Of a DNA stretch of 64,000 nucleotides, positions 18,601 through 29,400 are shown in pieces (within the stretch, counting starts at the first letter, position 1; every line of letters starts with the position of its first letter). The DNA is taken from positions 96,001 to 160,000 of the IMG/VR virus record IMGVR_UViG_3300049198_000021; one strand, 5' to 3'. The notes beneath the pieces are model-generated. The model was not told the DNA's origin, ran no database searches, and worked only from the letters and a program-made list of their open reading frames with translations. The translations under genes and the position numbers were made by a program. The stretch comes from a virus. Its lineage: Duplodnaviria; Caudoviricetes.

Positions 18601-20440
18601 GGCTCACACCCTGTTGAATGCTGATGGTTACAAGCAGTTCATTACGACACTCAAGTCTGAAAGCCAGCAAGGAAAGCTGTCTGTTGAGTCGTTAATCAGC
18701 GCCATGAGCGATCCAAAGAACTTGGATTCCAAGGCGATCGAAGACCTTGCGGCTCGCTATGACGTTAGTGTTTCGCAGATCATCAGCCTTGCCCGCGAAC
18801 AACAGACCGCGTTTGAGGAAATGAAAAAAGAAGCTGTCATCAAGCAGCTTGATAAAGATTTCCGGGGCCTTGCCAAGGGCATGGAACTGGTAGGGGATTC
18901 TGTGCCTGAAATCGCCGAGATGAAGGCGAACATTGATGACCTCACTGGCCTCGCCCGTCTTATCATGCCGGCCGATGAAGGTTTTGCCAAGTTCCTTACA
19001 GACGTGCGGACCGGGGCGATCTCGGCTGCCGACGCATTGGCGAAGCTGCGTGCGATCATGGCTGATCCGGCTCAGATGTCGGCTGAGGCTCGTCAGTTCT
19101 TGGCAAACTCGCCGACCAGTGGGGACGAGATCGCAGACGCCACAGCACGGAAGCTTGAAGCTTCTAAGGACGCAACCCGCGAAGCCAAGCTCGATCTTGA
19201 GTTTGGTGGCCGTCTGCTATCGCAGCGGAGCAATGAAATCAAGCTTCTGCAAATGTCTTCGCAGGAAGCAGAAGTTTACACCACCGTTATGGAGGAAGTG
19301 AACCGGGTCCGTGCCAAGGGTGTGATCGTCTCGCAGGAGCAGATCAACGGCTTGATGGGAGAAGTGCGGGCCCAGCAGCAGCTTGCGAATCAGATGCAGC
19401 GGAACAAGGAGTTCTTCGAGAACAACGGCGTTCGCGGCTACATCAACGACATCAAGAGTGTCGGTGAGTCGATCAACGAACTGGATAAGAACGTCCTCCA
19501 GTCTCTGGAAGACCAATTGTTCAGTCTCGGGACCACCGGTAAGTTCAGCTTCCAAGCGATCTTCGACACCCTGCAACAGGGCTTGATCCGTTTCGCTTCG
19601 CAGAACATCCTCAAGGAAGGTCTGGGTAAGCTCTTCGGTGGTGAACTGGAAGGTGGAACGCCGAGTCTTCTGGGCGGGCTGTTCAAGGCTTTCGGGATCG
19701 AACATGCGGCAGGAACGACGAACCCTCTGGGATCATCGTTTACGAATCCGATGCACGTTGTCATCGATCCAACAACCGGAAACTTACTCTCCGGACTGGG
19801 AACAGTCAAGGTAGGGGAAGGGACTCCTGAGGAGCTAGTCGGGGCCGCTACGGATACCTTGACGAATGGTCTCCGGGAAGCTGGTAACCTCCTCAAGCTC
19901 GACCTTTCACAGGCTGGTAAGGGCCTTGCAGGGGCTCTCTCGCAGTTCATGAGCGGTATGGCTGGCGGCGGCGGCGGCGGCGGCGGCCTGTTAGGCGGCT
20001 TGCTTAACCTCGGCATGGGTCTTCTAGGCGGCGGCGCTGGTGGCATCACCGGTAGTGTGGTCTCCAGCCTGTCGGGCAGCGCGGCGGCTACGATCGCGGC
20101 AAATCCGGGCATCTTCAAGGAAGGTGGTTTCCCCGGCTCCCCGGTGGCACGCACTTCGGTTCATCCGTCGGCGTTCACGAATGCTCCGCACTATGCGGAA
20201 GGCACTCCGAATACCAGCGGTGGTCACCCAGCCATCCTGCATGACAACGAAGCGGTGATCCCGCTCAGCCGTGGCCGCAAGGTTGCTGTTGAGATGAACG
20301 GGGGAAGCCGTGGGCAGACGATCAACAACAACTTCATGATCTCTAGCCCCGATGCGAACTCGTTCCGCAAGAGCGAAACACAGATCGCGACCAAGATGCA
20401 CATGCAGGCAGGTCGAGCCTTCCGCCGCAACCACGGCTAA
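15668..20440 (+). CDS. Tape measure protein
   Basis: 1590 aa Ala-rich; ALQQVMNKGYLSAEELNQQLNE tape-measure domain; C-terminal PAILH.NE.VIP. Confidence 0.92.
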   Translation: MDTHGMKFVVDTTGVAKGFRDYKSAVDGIFASLTKFEAHVDKTMKGVAKASSNPQALNAFKKAVSAFAKVDIDTSAARKLSALSAAMQGFKAPSASQTANTTKFFKALSNGMPDLTNAYRSIKAMNDIKAAMAGFKAPPASASKNLLAFGQAMAAAAPGFSKLKSIAGISGIANELASISIAMSRLKAPTASQVSNIGNLAVALRSFRMGNLGNGQVLFNALDAISKFKAPSAAQSKNLQAFVTALGNLKVPANADALAAALTKIANAATGASGALSRLRGQVGPLGGQLGNLGGQARGASLQMMGLQNAFSGTFQVGSVLRSLLGSLTIAELGRSYFEATNGALAFQAQMSVISKEAGFANAQLTYVNETANKFGIDSLAAAQGFAKVSIAAHKSGLSVMDTRHVFEGFSTSMAVLGTTTAGQQDVWLALQQVMNKGYLSAEELNQQLNEKLPGAMAYATEYANSLGLSLEKGLKTKALDAAGVLAHISKRMKEDFGPAVEEALKRPQNQMTILRNNFRTLFQAIGEAGGNEAFASLLSNINDKMTPEAIQRYAQALAVGLKRAVDSVSAAFNWLYENWDSIKGPLATTLSLIGKFMIVSSALQIGNFIVAPMIAAGRAALFAAPLIMQLVYASRALAATNLAAYYAQLALITNPRVVAGVQALSVAMGRLGATRIGAAALSGLARVPGLARAATVATTGLAAAIGVGLSAAWGIATQAAEDSTGKTIQINYTAGEIISGIWQTMTEWISEKWDIAMTYVDAAAKWLGDQLAFKVEGIGSMFAKLGFGIYYALTKALEGVMRAAIGFAAGMYRTISSIGGALSDLLDGNFSGAAAKAKGAVLGEDMMAGFKGAFGGMQLGGADFEAQYAKVGRGAGVVADWMNSMGAKGRGPAAPAKPTRAEMDAAQIAAMLGQPQATVPEEGKGGGSGGKKGGAAGDFERDAKRVEGAVDSLMQKLLENDPIKELNQEYIETLTKQAHTLLNADGYKQFITTLKSESQQGKLSVESLISAMSDPKNLDSKAIEDLAARYDVSVSQIISLAREQQTAFEEMKKEAVIKQLDKDFRGLAKGMELVGDSVPEIAEMKANIDDLTGLARLIMPADEGFAKFLTDVRTGAISAADALAKLRAIMADPAQMSAEARQFLANSPTSGDEIADATARKLEASKDATREAKLDLEFGGRLLSQRSNEIKLLQMSSQEAEVYTTVMEEVNRVRAKGVIVSQEQINGLMGEVRAQQQLANQMQRNKEFFENNGVRGYINDIKSVGESINELDKNVLQSLEDQLFSLGTTGKFSFQAIFDTLQQGLIRFASQNILKEGLGKLFGGELEGGTPSLLGGLFKAFGIEHAAGTTNPLGSSFTNPMHVVIDPTTGNLLSGLGTVKVGEGTPEELVGAATDTLTNGLREAGNLLKLDLSQAGKGLAGALSQFMSGMAGGGGGGGGLLGGLLNLGMGLLGGGAGGITGSVVSSLSGSAAATIAANPGIFKEGGFPGSPVARTSVHPSAFTNAPHYAEGTPNTSGGHPAILHDNEAVIPLSRGRKVAVEMNGGSRGQTINNNFMISSPDANSFRKSETQIATKMHMQAGRAFRRNHG

Positions 20441-20447
20441 TTTTCCC

Positions 20448-20486
20448 TTGACAGTCACCGCTATTTTGAATAGACGGTGACTGTCA
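20448..20486 (+). promoter_or_regulatory. Promoter with box in spacer, embedded in an inverted repeat
   Basis: TTGACA-gt-CACCGCTATTTT-gaa-TAGACG; arms TGACAGTCACCG/CGGTGACTGTCA. Confidence 0.65.
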
Positions 20487-20498
20487 GAAGGACCCCCT

Positions 20499-21101
20499 AT
20501 GGAAATTGCAAACTTTCACGATGTCCGCTTCCCGGAGGACATTAGCTATGGCTCGTCTGGTGGGCCGGGCTTCAACACCAGCGTCATCGATCTGGCATCC
20601 GGCCACGAACAGCGGAACATCAACTGGTCGTTGGCGCGGGCCAAATACGACGCTTCCTACGGTGTCAAGACCCGAGAGCAAATGGAGGAAGTCCTTGACT
20701 TCTTCTACGCTCGGCGCGGTAAGGCATTCGGTTTCCGCTTCAAGGATTGGATGGACTTCGTTCTTGAGCGTCAATCGATCGGCGCCGCTGGCGGGACCAA
20801 CACCTTGCAAGTGTTCAAGCGCTATGAACCCCTGACCAGCTACTTCTACGACCGTCCGATCTTGAAGATCGTGCCGGGAACCGTTCAGGTCTGGACGAAT
20901 GGAGTCGAACGCTCACCCCTGTTGGTCAACACGGGCACCGGTCTTGTAAACACGACCGGATATGCGGGCCAGACTATCGAAGTGGCTTGCGAGTTCGATG
21001 TCCCGGTCCGCTTTGACACCGACGAAATCAACATCACCCACGACGACTGGGAACTGATGTCGTGGCCCTCCATCCCCCTCATCGAACTGCGTCCGCGATA
21101 A
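20499..21101 (+). CDS. Distal tail protein (DUF2460, GTA g12-like)
   Basis: FHDVRFP, GGPGF.T, FYARRGKAFGFRFKDW.D, EFDVPVRFDTD. Confidence 0.88.
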   Translation: MEIANFHDVRFPEDISYGSSGGPGFNTSVIDLASGHEQRNINWSLARAKYDASYGVKTREQMEEVLDFFYARRGKAFGFRFKDWMDFVLERQSIGAAGGTNTLQVFKRYEPLTSYFYDRPILKIVPGTVQVWTNGVERSPLLVNTGTGLVNTTGYAGQTIEVACEFDVPVRFDTDEINITHDDWELMSWPSIPLIELRPR

Positions 21102-21104
21102 GCC

Positions 21105-21959
21105 ATGAAGTCTATCAGCATTGAACTTTCAAACCATCTGGATGGCGAGGTCACCACCTTGGCGTCATGCTGGCGCGTTGTTCGGCGCGACGGCCGGGAG
21201 TTCTTCTTCACCGATCACGACCAAGACATCGTTTTCGAAGGAGACACCTACGAAGCGGAATCGAGCTACGACCGGACGGCCGTAGCAAACGGCTCAGACA
21301 TGAGCGTCGATAACATGGATGTTTCCGGTATTCTCGATTCCGAGAAGATCAGTGAAGAGGACATGCGAAACGGTTTGTTCAATCGGGCCGATGTCTATAT
21401 CTTCATCGTCAACTGGCAACACCCAGAATATGGGCCGCTCAAGGTCCGGCGTGGTTGGTTTGGTGAGGTCACAATCACTGACACCGGGATGTTCACGACT
21501 GAAATTCGCGGCCTTGCTCAAGCGCTTTCGCACAACTTCATTGAGGTCTATGCGGCGGAGTGTCGGGCTGACTTTGGTGATTTCCGCTGCAAGCTGAATA
21601 TCGCTGATTACGAAATCCCGACCACTGTTTTGGTAGCATTTCAACGCGACTCTTTCGTCCTCCCCGTCGATTTTGTCCCACCGTCGCAGGGCCTCGCGCC
21701 GGGCACTGTCCGCTTCGTTGACGGCCCGAACGCCGGCCGAACGGTCGAGATTACCGGATACAACCCCACAACGCGAACGGTCGAACTGTTTGAAAGCGTG
21801 GGCTACGAAATCACCACCGGGACTCAGATCGTTGTTGCCCCCGGATGCGACGGTTCGCTTGAGCGGTGCAAGCTCTACAACAATGTCATCAACCGCCGTG
21901 CCGAGGATTACGTTCCCGGAAACGACGAACTCATGAAGTATCCCGATGCCCAACAGTGA
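21105..21959 (+). CDS. Baseplate hub (DUF2163, GTA g13-like)
   Basis: TTLA.CW...RRDG..F.FTDHD, CRA.FGD.RC, PGCD....C...NN motifs. Confidence 0.88.
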   Translation: MKSISIELSNHLDGEVTTLASCWRVVRRDGREFFFTDHDQDIVFEGDTYEAESSYDRTAVANGSDMSVDNMDVSGILDSEKISEEDMRNGLFNRADVYIFIVNWQHPEYGPLKVRRGWFGEVTITDTGMFTTEIRGLAQALSHNFIEVYAAECRADFGDFRCKLNIADYEIPTTVLVAFQRDSFVLPVDFVPPSQGLAPGTVRFVDGPNAGRTVEITGYNPTTRTVELFESVGYEITTGTQIVVAPGCDGSLERCKLYNNVINRRAEDYVPGNDELMKYPDAQQ

Positions 21960-22362
21960 TGACTTCATCGCAGCAGCCCGTTCTTATATGGGGGTGCGTT
22001 GGCGGCATCAGGGACGCAACCGGCTAGGGGTTGATTGTGTCGGCCTCGTGCTTTGCAGCCTGTCTGATATTGGTATCCCCGCACCGGACATGCAAGGCTA
22101 CCGACGGACGCCTGACCCGATCTTCGTCGAACACATTCGAAACAATTCGCTACCAGCCGAAGGCACACAGCCGGGAACCCTCGGAATTTTCCGAGACGGA
22201 ACCCAGCCATGTCACGTAGGTATCTTTGCAACTATGCATGGACAAACTTCCTTGATCCACGCCTACGCAGGCACAGGGATCGTCATGGAAGAAGTCTTCA
22301 TCCACGATTGGCCGAAAAAGCTAGTCGAGGTCCGCGCATTCAAGGGACTTGAATACATCTAA
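21946..22362 (+). CDS. NlpC/P60 tail-associated peptidase (GTA g14-like)
   Basis: AARSY.G.RWRHQGR...GVDCVGL, HVGI, IHAY. Confidence 0.88.
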   Translation: MPNSDDFIAAARSYMGVRWRHQGRNRLGVDCVGLVLCSLSDIGIPAPDMQGYRRTPDPIFVEHIRNNSLPAEGTQPGTLGIFRDGTQPCHVGIFATMHGQTSLIHAYAGTGIVMEEVFIHDWPKKLVEVRAFKGLEYI

Positions 22363-25300
22363 TGGGACAACTCGCGACCACCATCGTCGGCGGCGTCGTC
22401 GGCTTCGCGATCGGCGGGCCCTTCGGGGCTCAGGTCGGGATGATGCTTGGCGGCATGATCGGTGCCACGCTGTTTGGTCCGACCGTTCACGGCCCGCGTC
22501 TGAATGATCTCAAGGTCACAGCCTCGACCTACGGTGTTGCGATCCCTGAAATTTACGGGACCGTCCGGGTGGGTGGAAACATGATCTGGACCAGCGGCAT
22601 TAAGGAGACCAAGAAGTCTTCACGCCCCGGTAAAGGCGGCCCGAAGCAAACGACCTATTCCTACGACGCCACTTTTGCTATGGCGTTGTGTAAGGGAGAG
22701 GTCGAAGAAATTCTTCGCATCTGGGCCGATAGCAAAATCATCTACGATAAGACTGGTGGAACGACTCGGGCACCGGCCCCCGCCGGCAGCGACGGCGTTT
22801 TCCAAACCTTGTTCTTGGAAATTCTTACCACCAAGAAGAAGAAGAAGACAATCAATGTCAGGCTTTATCGAGGCGACGAAAACCAACTCCCGGACTCTCT
22901 GATCGAAGCAGATAAGGGAGTGGGGAACGTTTCGGCTCACCGTGGGCTTTCTTATGTTGTGTTCGAGCGGTTGCAGTTGGAGAACTTCGGTAACCGCATC
23001 CCTCAAATGACCTTCGAAGTCACCAAGGCCCGGACCCGTGGTCTGGCGGCCTTACCCGTGCGTGACCGTAGTGGGGTCATCGAGAACACAGCGAACCGAG
23101 ACTGGCTACCTGACTTCGCGTCGGGCCGGTTGCTCAGCTTTGATCGCAGTGGCGACGGCACCAAACTCTACAATATGGCGGACAACACGCTGATTGCAGA
23201 GGACGAGACCATGAATTTTGATCTGACCGATAAGTCCTACAGTCTTATCGAAGGTCAGAACGCCTTACTGGTTGCCAATTTCCCAGCCGGCGTCGGTTTT
23301 TCCTACTACAACACCGGTATTCTGACCAAGATCAACGAATACAACACGGCCAGCGGGACAACCAACATCTGGGACCCGGTGGCTAAGGAAATCACACTAG
23401 CTACAAACGGAAAGATCGGACACGGACGGTTTGTCTCGGGTGTTTCAGGCAGCGTGCATGTCGTCCATACCGATGTGACCGGCACAACCTTCTTGATGGA
23501 CAGTGAAGGGCGTCTCCTTAATGAGTTCGATGCCCCTTTCCAACCTGATGTTTTCCTAGAAGGACGACGCGACGCGTCAAACTCCCAGATCATCGGGTGG
23601 CGGTTTGCCAATGATCAACTCGAAATGTTCGAGGTCAAGACCGATTCGTCGGCGATCTATACGACGATCTTGGAAGCTGGCACTGAGACGTGGGTTCCCC
23701 AAACTGACTTCGCAGTGAGAAGCATCAACCTTAAACCATACCCGGCTGAGAAATTCCAACCACTGGCTCTGGTTTATGACCCAACAGACGACCATTTCTT
23801 CTGTCTTGGTGTTGATCCAGATAAATACAATGACATCGACTCCTTCGGTAACGGGGGCGGAGTCATCGTATTCAAATACTCCTTGGAGACCAATTCCTAC
23901 AAGTTCTTGGTGAAGCACGGCGGGACTCCCGTCCCTCGTGGTCTGACGCAAAACATGCGCGCCTCGCGTCTCGCTGGGGGCACGTTCGGGTGGATAGGTA
24001 AGCCAGCCGTCGGCGATCCAACGGTCAACCAAGTAAGCCTGCAAAATGGTAGTCTGGAAAACCTATTCGAAGCACAGGACGATTTCGGGTCTGGGCTCAC
24101 AGGAGTCGGGGATCAGTATTGGGACGACGAGACGGACAGCATCTTCGCTGATCGTATCGTGGCCGGTGTAACTAACAGCTATCGCCTGCGAGTCAGCGAT
24201 AGCATAGCACAGGTAACGGTTCCGGCGATCGTTGAGGACATCTGCGTCCGGAGCGGCATCTTGGCGCTGGAAGACATCGACATCACAGAGTTGGATGCGT
24301 CACCACTGGTGGGTTACTCCCTCGACCGAATGACAACTGCTCGGGATGCCTTGAAGCAGATGGCTACGGCGTTCCTCTTCGATGGCTATGAGAGCGATTA
24401 CAAGCTCAAGTTCCGCTCGCGTGGTGGTGACACGATCGTCAACATCCCGGAAGACTGGATGGCCCGTGAAGGGGAAGATGGTGTCATCAAAGAGACCATC
24501 ACGCAAGAGCTTGAGATGCCGGTCCGGATCAGCGTCAACTATTACGACATTGCCCGAGACCACCAGCAGAATAGCCAGACGGCGAAGCGCAAGGTTGCCC
24601 CCTATCCGACCATGTGGACGGCCAAGGAAGACCTCATCGACCTGCCCATCACATGGGACGCGGACTCGGCCAAGCAGTGTGCGGACAAGCTGCTCAAGAT
24701 GGCATGGGCAAACCGTGTCGGACACCAGTTCAACTTACCGTGGCGTTATCTGAAATACGATCCGACGGATGTCATCACCATCACGATGGAAAATGAGACG
24801 ACCTACAACCTGCGCCTCACCGAAGCGAACATTGGGTCCAACTTCTCGATCGAAGCACAGGCGGTTAGCGAAGTCGCGACCGCTTATGTCTCGACCGCGA
24901 CTGGTGCCCAAGCGCCGGCTCCCATCCAGACAGTTGAGGGTGATGGGACTGCCTTCCCGATCATCATGAATACGCCGTTGCTGCGTGATGTGGATTACGA
25001 CACCACCGGCTCTTCGATCTGCTATTTCTCGGCAGGGACCAACGAGATCAGCTTCAACGGAGCGGCGGTCTACATTGATGATGGTAGCGACTATCAGGCC
25101 GTGGGTGTCATCGATAACCAAACGACTACGGGATACGCTATTGATGCGCTCCCGAATACGAACAGCTACGAAGCCACTGACGAGACTACAGTCATTCGGG
25201 TGCGTTTGTCTGATCCAAGCATGGAGCTTGAATCGGTCACACAAGACGACATCCTGAACTTCGAAGCCAACTCGGCTTTGATCGGAAACGAGATCATCCA

Positions 25301-25964
25301 GTTCCGTGACGCAACCCTACTACCGACCGGTGAGTGGGCTCTGTCTGGTATTCTCCGCGCCCGGCGGGGCACGAACTATGCTGTGAAGGGACACCAACGA
25401 GGCGAGAACTTCCTGCTGGTCAACAGCCTCTCGACTGGTAAATTCTCCCGCCCGCCTGAGAGCTACGTCACTACCCGGTTGTTCAAGGCAGCCCCCCTGT
25501 CGGTCCCTCTGTCCGATGTGGTTCCGATTTCCGTGGACCTTATCCCGCGTGACCTTATGCCATACACCCCTGAGGCTGTTAAGGTGACCGACGACGCGAC
25601 TGATGTAGTCATAAGCGCCGAACGTCGTTCGCGTGTCACAGCGTCTCTCAGAGACGGTGTAAGCACCATTCACTACAAGGAAGGGGATATGCTCAGCGCC
25701 CGGATCGAGACCAAGGTCTGGTTCGGAAAAGGATTGGCCGATGTCAACTCCGTCGGCGCGGCTGACCTGACACTGACGAGCTACCTCTTTGACGCGGCTG
25801 GGGTGGACATTCCGGTGGAAGCTACATTCCCTGTCGCTTCCATGGGAGCAGAAGATACGGTCCTGATCCAACTCGCTGAGATTGGCGAAGTGACGGGAAC
25901 GCCCAAGTGGGTTCAAGCCACTCGCTACGGAACCGGACTGTGGGACCTTCTCGAATTGTATTGA
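22362..25964 (+). CDS. Tail tip / host-specificity protein (megatron-like), copy 1
   Basis: GPRL.DL.V..STYG..IP..YGT.R, AHRGL.YVVF, FGNRIP, LRARRGT. Confidence 0.85.
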   Translation: MGQLATTIVGGVVGFAIGGPFGAQVGMMLGGMIGATLFGPTVHGPRLNDLKVTASTYGVAIPEIYGTVRVGGNMIWTSGIKETKKSSRPGKGGPKQTTYSYDATFAMALCKGEVEEILRIWADSKIIYDKTGGTTRAPAPAGSDGVFQTLFLEILTTKKKKKTINVRLYRGDENQLPDSLIEADKGVGNVSAHRGLSYVVFERLQLENFGNRIPQMTFEVTKARTRGLAALPVRDRSGVIENTANRDWLPDFASGRLLSFDRSGDGTKLYNMADNTLIAEDETMNFDLTDKSYSLIEGQNALLVANFPAGVGFSYYNTGILTKINEYNTASGTTNIWDPVAKEITLATNGKIGHGRFVSGVSGSVHVVHTDVTGTTFLMDSEGRLLNEFDAPFQPDVFLEGRRDASNSQIIGWRFANDQLEMFEVKTDSSAIYTTILEAGTETWVPQTDFAVRSINLKPYPAEKFQPLALVYDPTDDHFFCLGVDPDKYNDIDSFGNGGGVIVFKYSLETNSYKFLVKHGGTPVPRGLTQNMRASRLAGGTFGWIGKPAVGDPTVNQVSLQNGSLENLFEAQDDFGSGLTGVGDQYWDDETDSIFADRIVAGVTNSYRLRVSDSIAQVTVPAIVEDICVRSGILALEDIDITELDASPLVGYSLDRMTTARDALKQMATAFLFDGYESDYKLKFRSRGGDTIVNIPEDWMAREGEDGVIKETITQELEMPVRISVNYYDIARDHQQNSQTAKRKVAPYPTMWTAKEDLIDLPITWDADSAKQCADKLLKMAWANRVGHQFNLPWRYLKYDPTDVITITMENETTYNLRLTEANIGSNFSIEAQAVSEVATAYVSTATGAQAPAPIQTVEGDGTAFPIIMNTPLLRDVDYDTTGSSICYFSAGTNEISFNGAAVYIDDGSDYQAVGVIDNQTTTGYAIDALPNTNSYEATDETTVIRVRLSDPSMELESVTQDDILNFEANSALIGNEIIQFRDATLLPTGEWALSGILRARRGTNYAVKGHQRGENFLLVNSLSTGKFSRPPESYVTTRLFKAAPLSVPLSDVVPISVDLIPRDLMPYTPEAVKVTDDATDVVISAERRSRVTASLRDGVSTIHYKEGDMLSARIETKVWFGKGLADVNSVGAADLTLTSYLFDAAGVDIPVEATFPVASMGAEDTVLIQLAEIGEVTGTPKWVQATRYGTGLWDLLELY

Positions 25965-25989
25965 CAACCACCGCCATTTTCCCTATACA
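25961..25989 (+). promoter_or_regulatory. Promoter overlapping a stop codon, box in spacer
   Basis: TTGACA-ac-CACCGCCATTTT-ccc-TATACA. Confidence 0.75.
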
Positions 25990-26011
25990 CTCTCCTCATT
26001 TAGGATAGCCG

Positions 26012-26413
26012 ATGCCCAACACACCGCTCCTCAATATCCCGCAGGTTTCAGGCTCCCAGAACAACAAAGAAATCACGATTAACGATGCCGTTCTCGCGTT
26101 GGAAAACGCGATGAGCGCGAACCTCGTGGTTTCCTTGGCGAGCAGCAGCGACGTTACGCTGACCCAAACCCAAGCTACCCGTAACTTCATCTACACCGCC
26201 ACTGGCGCAACAGTGGCAAGCATTCTGCGCTTCCCGAACACAATCGGTGCGGTCAACTTCAATCGGGTCATCTGTGTCCGCAACACCAGTGGAGCCCTGC
26301 TGACTGTGCAATTCGCAACCGGTGCCGGAGCCTCTGTCGAAATCCCAGACGGACAGGCTCGATTGATTCTGGCTATCAACGGGCTGGACATGATTGCGGT
26401 TTCCGCTCCTTAA
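26012..26413 (+). CDS. Short tail-fibre anchor-only protein
   Basis: 133 aa; paralogous over its length to the N-terminus of the 30043 fibre. Confidence 0.75.
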   Translation: MPNTPLLNIPQVSGSQNNKEITINDAVLALENAMSANLVVSLASSSDVTLTQTQATRNFIYTATGATVASILRFPNTIGAVNFNRVICVRNTSGALLTVQFATGAGASVEIPDGQARLILAINGLDMIAVSAP

Positions 26414-26432
26414 TATCAGATAGTCAAAACTC

Positions 26433-29400
26433 ATGGGTCAACTTGTTACCACCATCGTCGGCGGCGTCATCGGCTTCCTTATCGGGGGACCGATGGGTGC
26501 GTCTATTGGTATGGCGCTGGGTGGAATGGTTGGTGCTACGCTGTTTGGTCCTACGATCAAGGGCCCGCGTCTCAATGACCTCAAGGTTTCTTCCTCGACC
26601 TACGGGATTGCGATCCCTGAAATCTACGGCACTGTCCGTCTCAGCACGAACCTGATCTGGACAACCGGGATCAAGGAAACCAAGAAGACGCGCCGCGCCG
26701 GCAAGGGCGGTCCCAAGGTCGAGACTTATTCCTACGATGCATCGTTTGCTTTGGGCCTTTGCAAGGGCCCGATCCGTGAGATTCTTCGCATCTGGGCGGA
26801 CAGTAAACTAATTTACGATGTCAGCAACAACGGAACCCGTAACCCGCTGAACGCGGGTCAATCCGGTATTCTGGCCCCGGTCCTGCTGTCGTTCAGAACG
26901 GGAGGAACCAAGAAAAAGCGGGTAAACCTGCGTATCTATCTGGGGAACGAGGAGCAGCTACCGGATTCGCTTATTGAAGCAGATAAGGGCGTCGGGAATG
27001 TCTCGGCTCACCGGGGCTTGGCCTATGTGGTATTCGAACGCCTCCAGCTTGAAGACTTCGGGAATCGCATCCCTCAGTTCACCATGGAAGTTACCAAAGC
27101 ACCGGCCGAAGCCTTCCCCTCGGTGGAGCAAAAAGAAGGACCGGCAGGCACTGTTGCACAACCGGATGCTAGAAACTGGTTCCCTGATTGGGAAAACGGC
27201 AAGGTTTACTCCAGCATTATTTCTAACGACGCGGAGGATGCTTACACGGAAGTGTTCGACCTCAATACTATGCAGAACATGCAGCGTTGGGATCGATCGA
27301 ATATGTGGTTCACTGGTCGATATGGTTTCGCGCCATGGGCTGGTATATTTATGCAAGACGATGGCGGGGGTAACTCCAGACCACTAGGGGTCTACAGTCT
27401 CAGCACTGGGGCTCGTATCGGCTTGTATGGTCAAAGTTCGCGCTCCCTGTCAGGTTACTATGTAGAATCGGGCCCTGCCCGAGGTGCTTTGGCTGTGGCG
27501 GCCAATTTTGGTAACCAAGCCACAGTGACACTGGATGGCAAGTATATCATGCTGGCCGGCTGGACCCGAGATAATTGGATTCTGACCAGAGGCGGAACAC
27601 CGGTCGGATGGTATGAAGGCGCTTGGTCGCCTTTCCACCTGATGCCCGCTCTTGGGTCGGTGTGGGGATGGCGTAGCGGCAACAGCGGGTTGCAGATTGC
27701 GGACTTCATCAGCGGCGGAATAGGACAATACTCGCTTGCTCCGCCCGACTCAAACGGAAACGTCTTTTGGAGACAGGGCGGTAGCCTTGCCTTCGACACC
27801 ACTCTGCGCCCACTACCCGGTGAGACTTATGTTCCATCGATATGCCTGTTCGATCCCTCGGACGGTCATTTCTTTAGTATTGGGCGATCGAACAACGGCT
27901 CCAGATCAATCCCGGTGGCTTTCAAATACAGCCCAATAACTGGGCTGTATAAATTCATCAATGCCGATCCAGAAATTCTGGTTCCAAATGGACCCATGCA
28001 ATGGTCGCGCCTAAACGGAGGGACTTTCGGTTATATTGCCGACTCCTTAAATCGAAACGTCAAAGTAAACTTACAGCAAATCAACTTACAGAACGGGGAA
28101 ATCGTAAGAGATTCGCGCTACGGAAGCACTTGGGGTGGCCCTATCTATGTAAGAGCGGACCAGCACTGGGATGATGTGAGTTCCAGTATTATTACAACCA
28201 CCAAAGATACCTTCCGTCGCATCTGGTTCAACAGCAACGCTAAGGCAGTTCGTCTGTCTGATGTTGTGCGCGATATTGCTACAAAATCCAATGTCCTGAC
28301 TGTCGATGAACTCGATACCACGAATTTATTCGATCAAGAGATTATTGGTTTCTCTATCGATAGGCAGTCGTCTGCGATGGATGCACTAAAGCTCCTAGCA
28401 ACCGGATATATGTTTGACGCCTACGAGAGCGATTACAAGCTCAAGTTCCGGACGCGTGGGCGAGATTCGGAGGTGGTAATCCCGCAAGACTGGATCGCCC
28501 GGTCTTCCGATGAGTTTATCAAAGAGAACATTGTCCAAGAGCTTGAGATGCCTCTCAAGGTCACGGTGAACTACTATGACACAGCGCGTGATCACCAGCA
28601 AGGCTCGCAGTCGTCGCGCCGCAACGCCGGGCCTTTCCCGACCATGTGGACGGCCAAGGAAGATATTATCGATCTCCCGTTGGTCTGGACACCGGACATG
28701 GCTAAGCAATCAGCAGACAAGCTGCTCAAGATGGCGTGGGCAAATCGTGTCGGCCTGCAATTCACTCTACCTTGGCGCTACCTGAAATACGAACCGTCGG
28801 ACATTATCACGCTCACCACTGATACAGCGACCTATTTCACGCGCCTAACTGAGACCACGATCGGGCAAGATTTCTCGATCGAGGCTTCCGGGGTGACTGA
28901 TAAAGCCAGTGCCTATGTATCGACCAAGGTCGGTAGTCGAGTGGATTCGCCGGAGCAGATTATCGAAGAAGGCTACCCAGCTTTCCCGATCGTGATCAAC
29001 ACCCCGTTGTTACGCGATGAAGACTATGACACCAGCGGAGCCTCTATTTGTTTCGTATCCGCCGGCACGAATGCCTTCACGTTCAGTGGAGCAGCTATCT
29101 ATGTTTACGACGGAATTGAAGACCAACGGATCGGCTTTATTGGTGCTGACACCGTGCGTGGAAGAGTTATCAACGAACTTCCATATACGACCGCATACGA
29201 ATCTACCGACGAAACCACTGTGCTAAAAGTTGTCCTGAACAACCCCAACGACGAGCTTGAGTCAGTGACCCAACTCGATATGCTTAACTTCGACATGAAC
29301 GCAGCTTTGGTGGGTGAGGAAGTTATCCAATTCCGGGATGCTGTGCAGCAACCCGACGGTGAGTGGTGGCTGACTGGTCTCCGCCGGGCCCGGCGCGGAA

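Noticed and set aside
20499-25964. Window is a gene transfer agent cluster
   Set aside because: It has a full replication module, a 1590-aa TMP and a non-GTA portal/capsid, so it is a true phage
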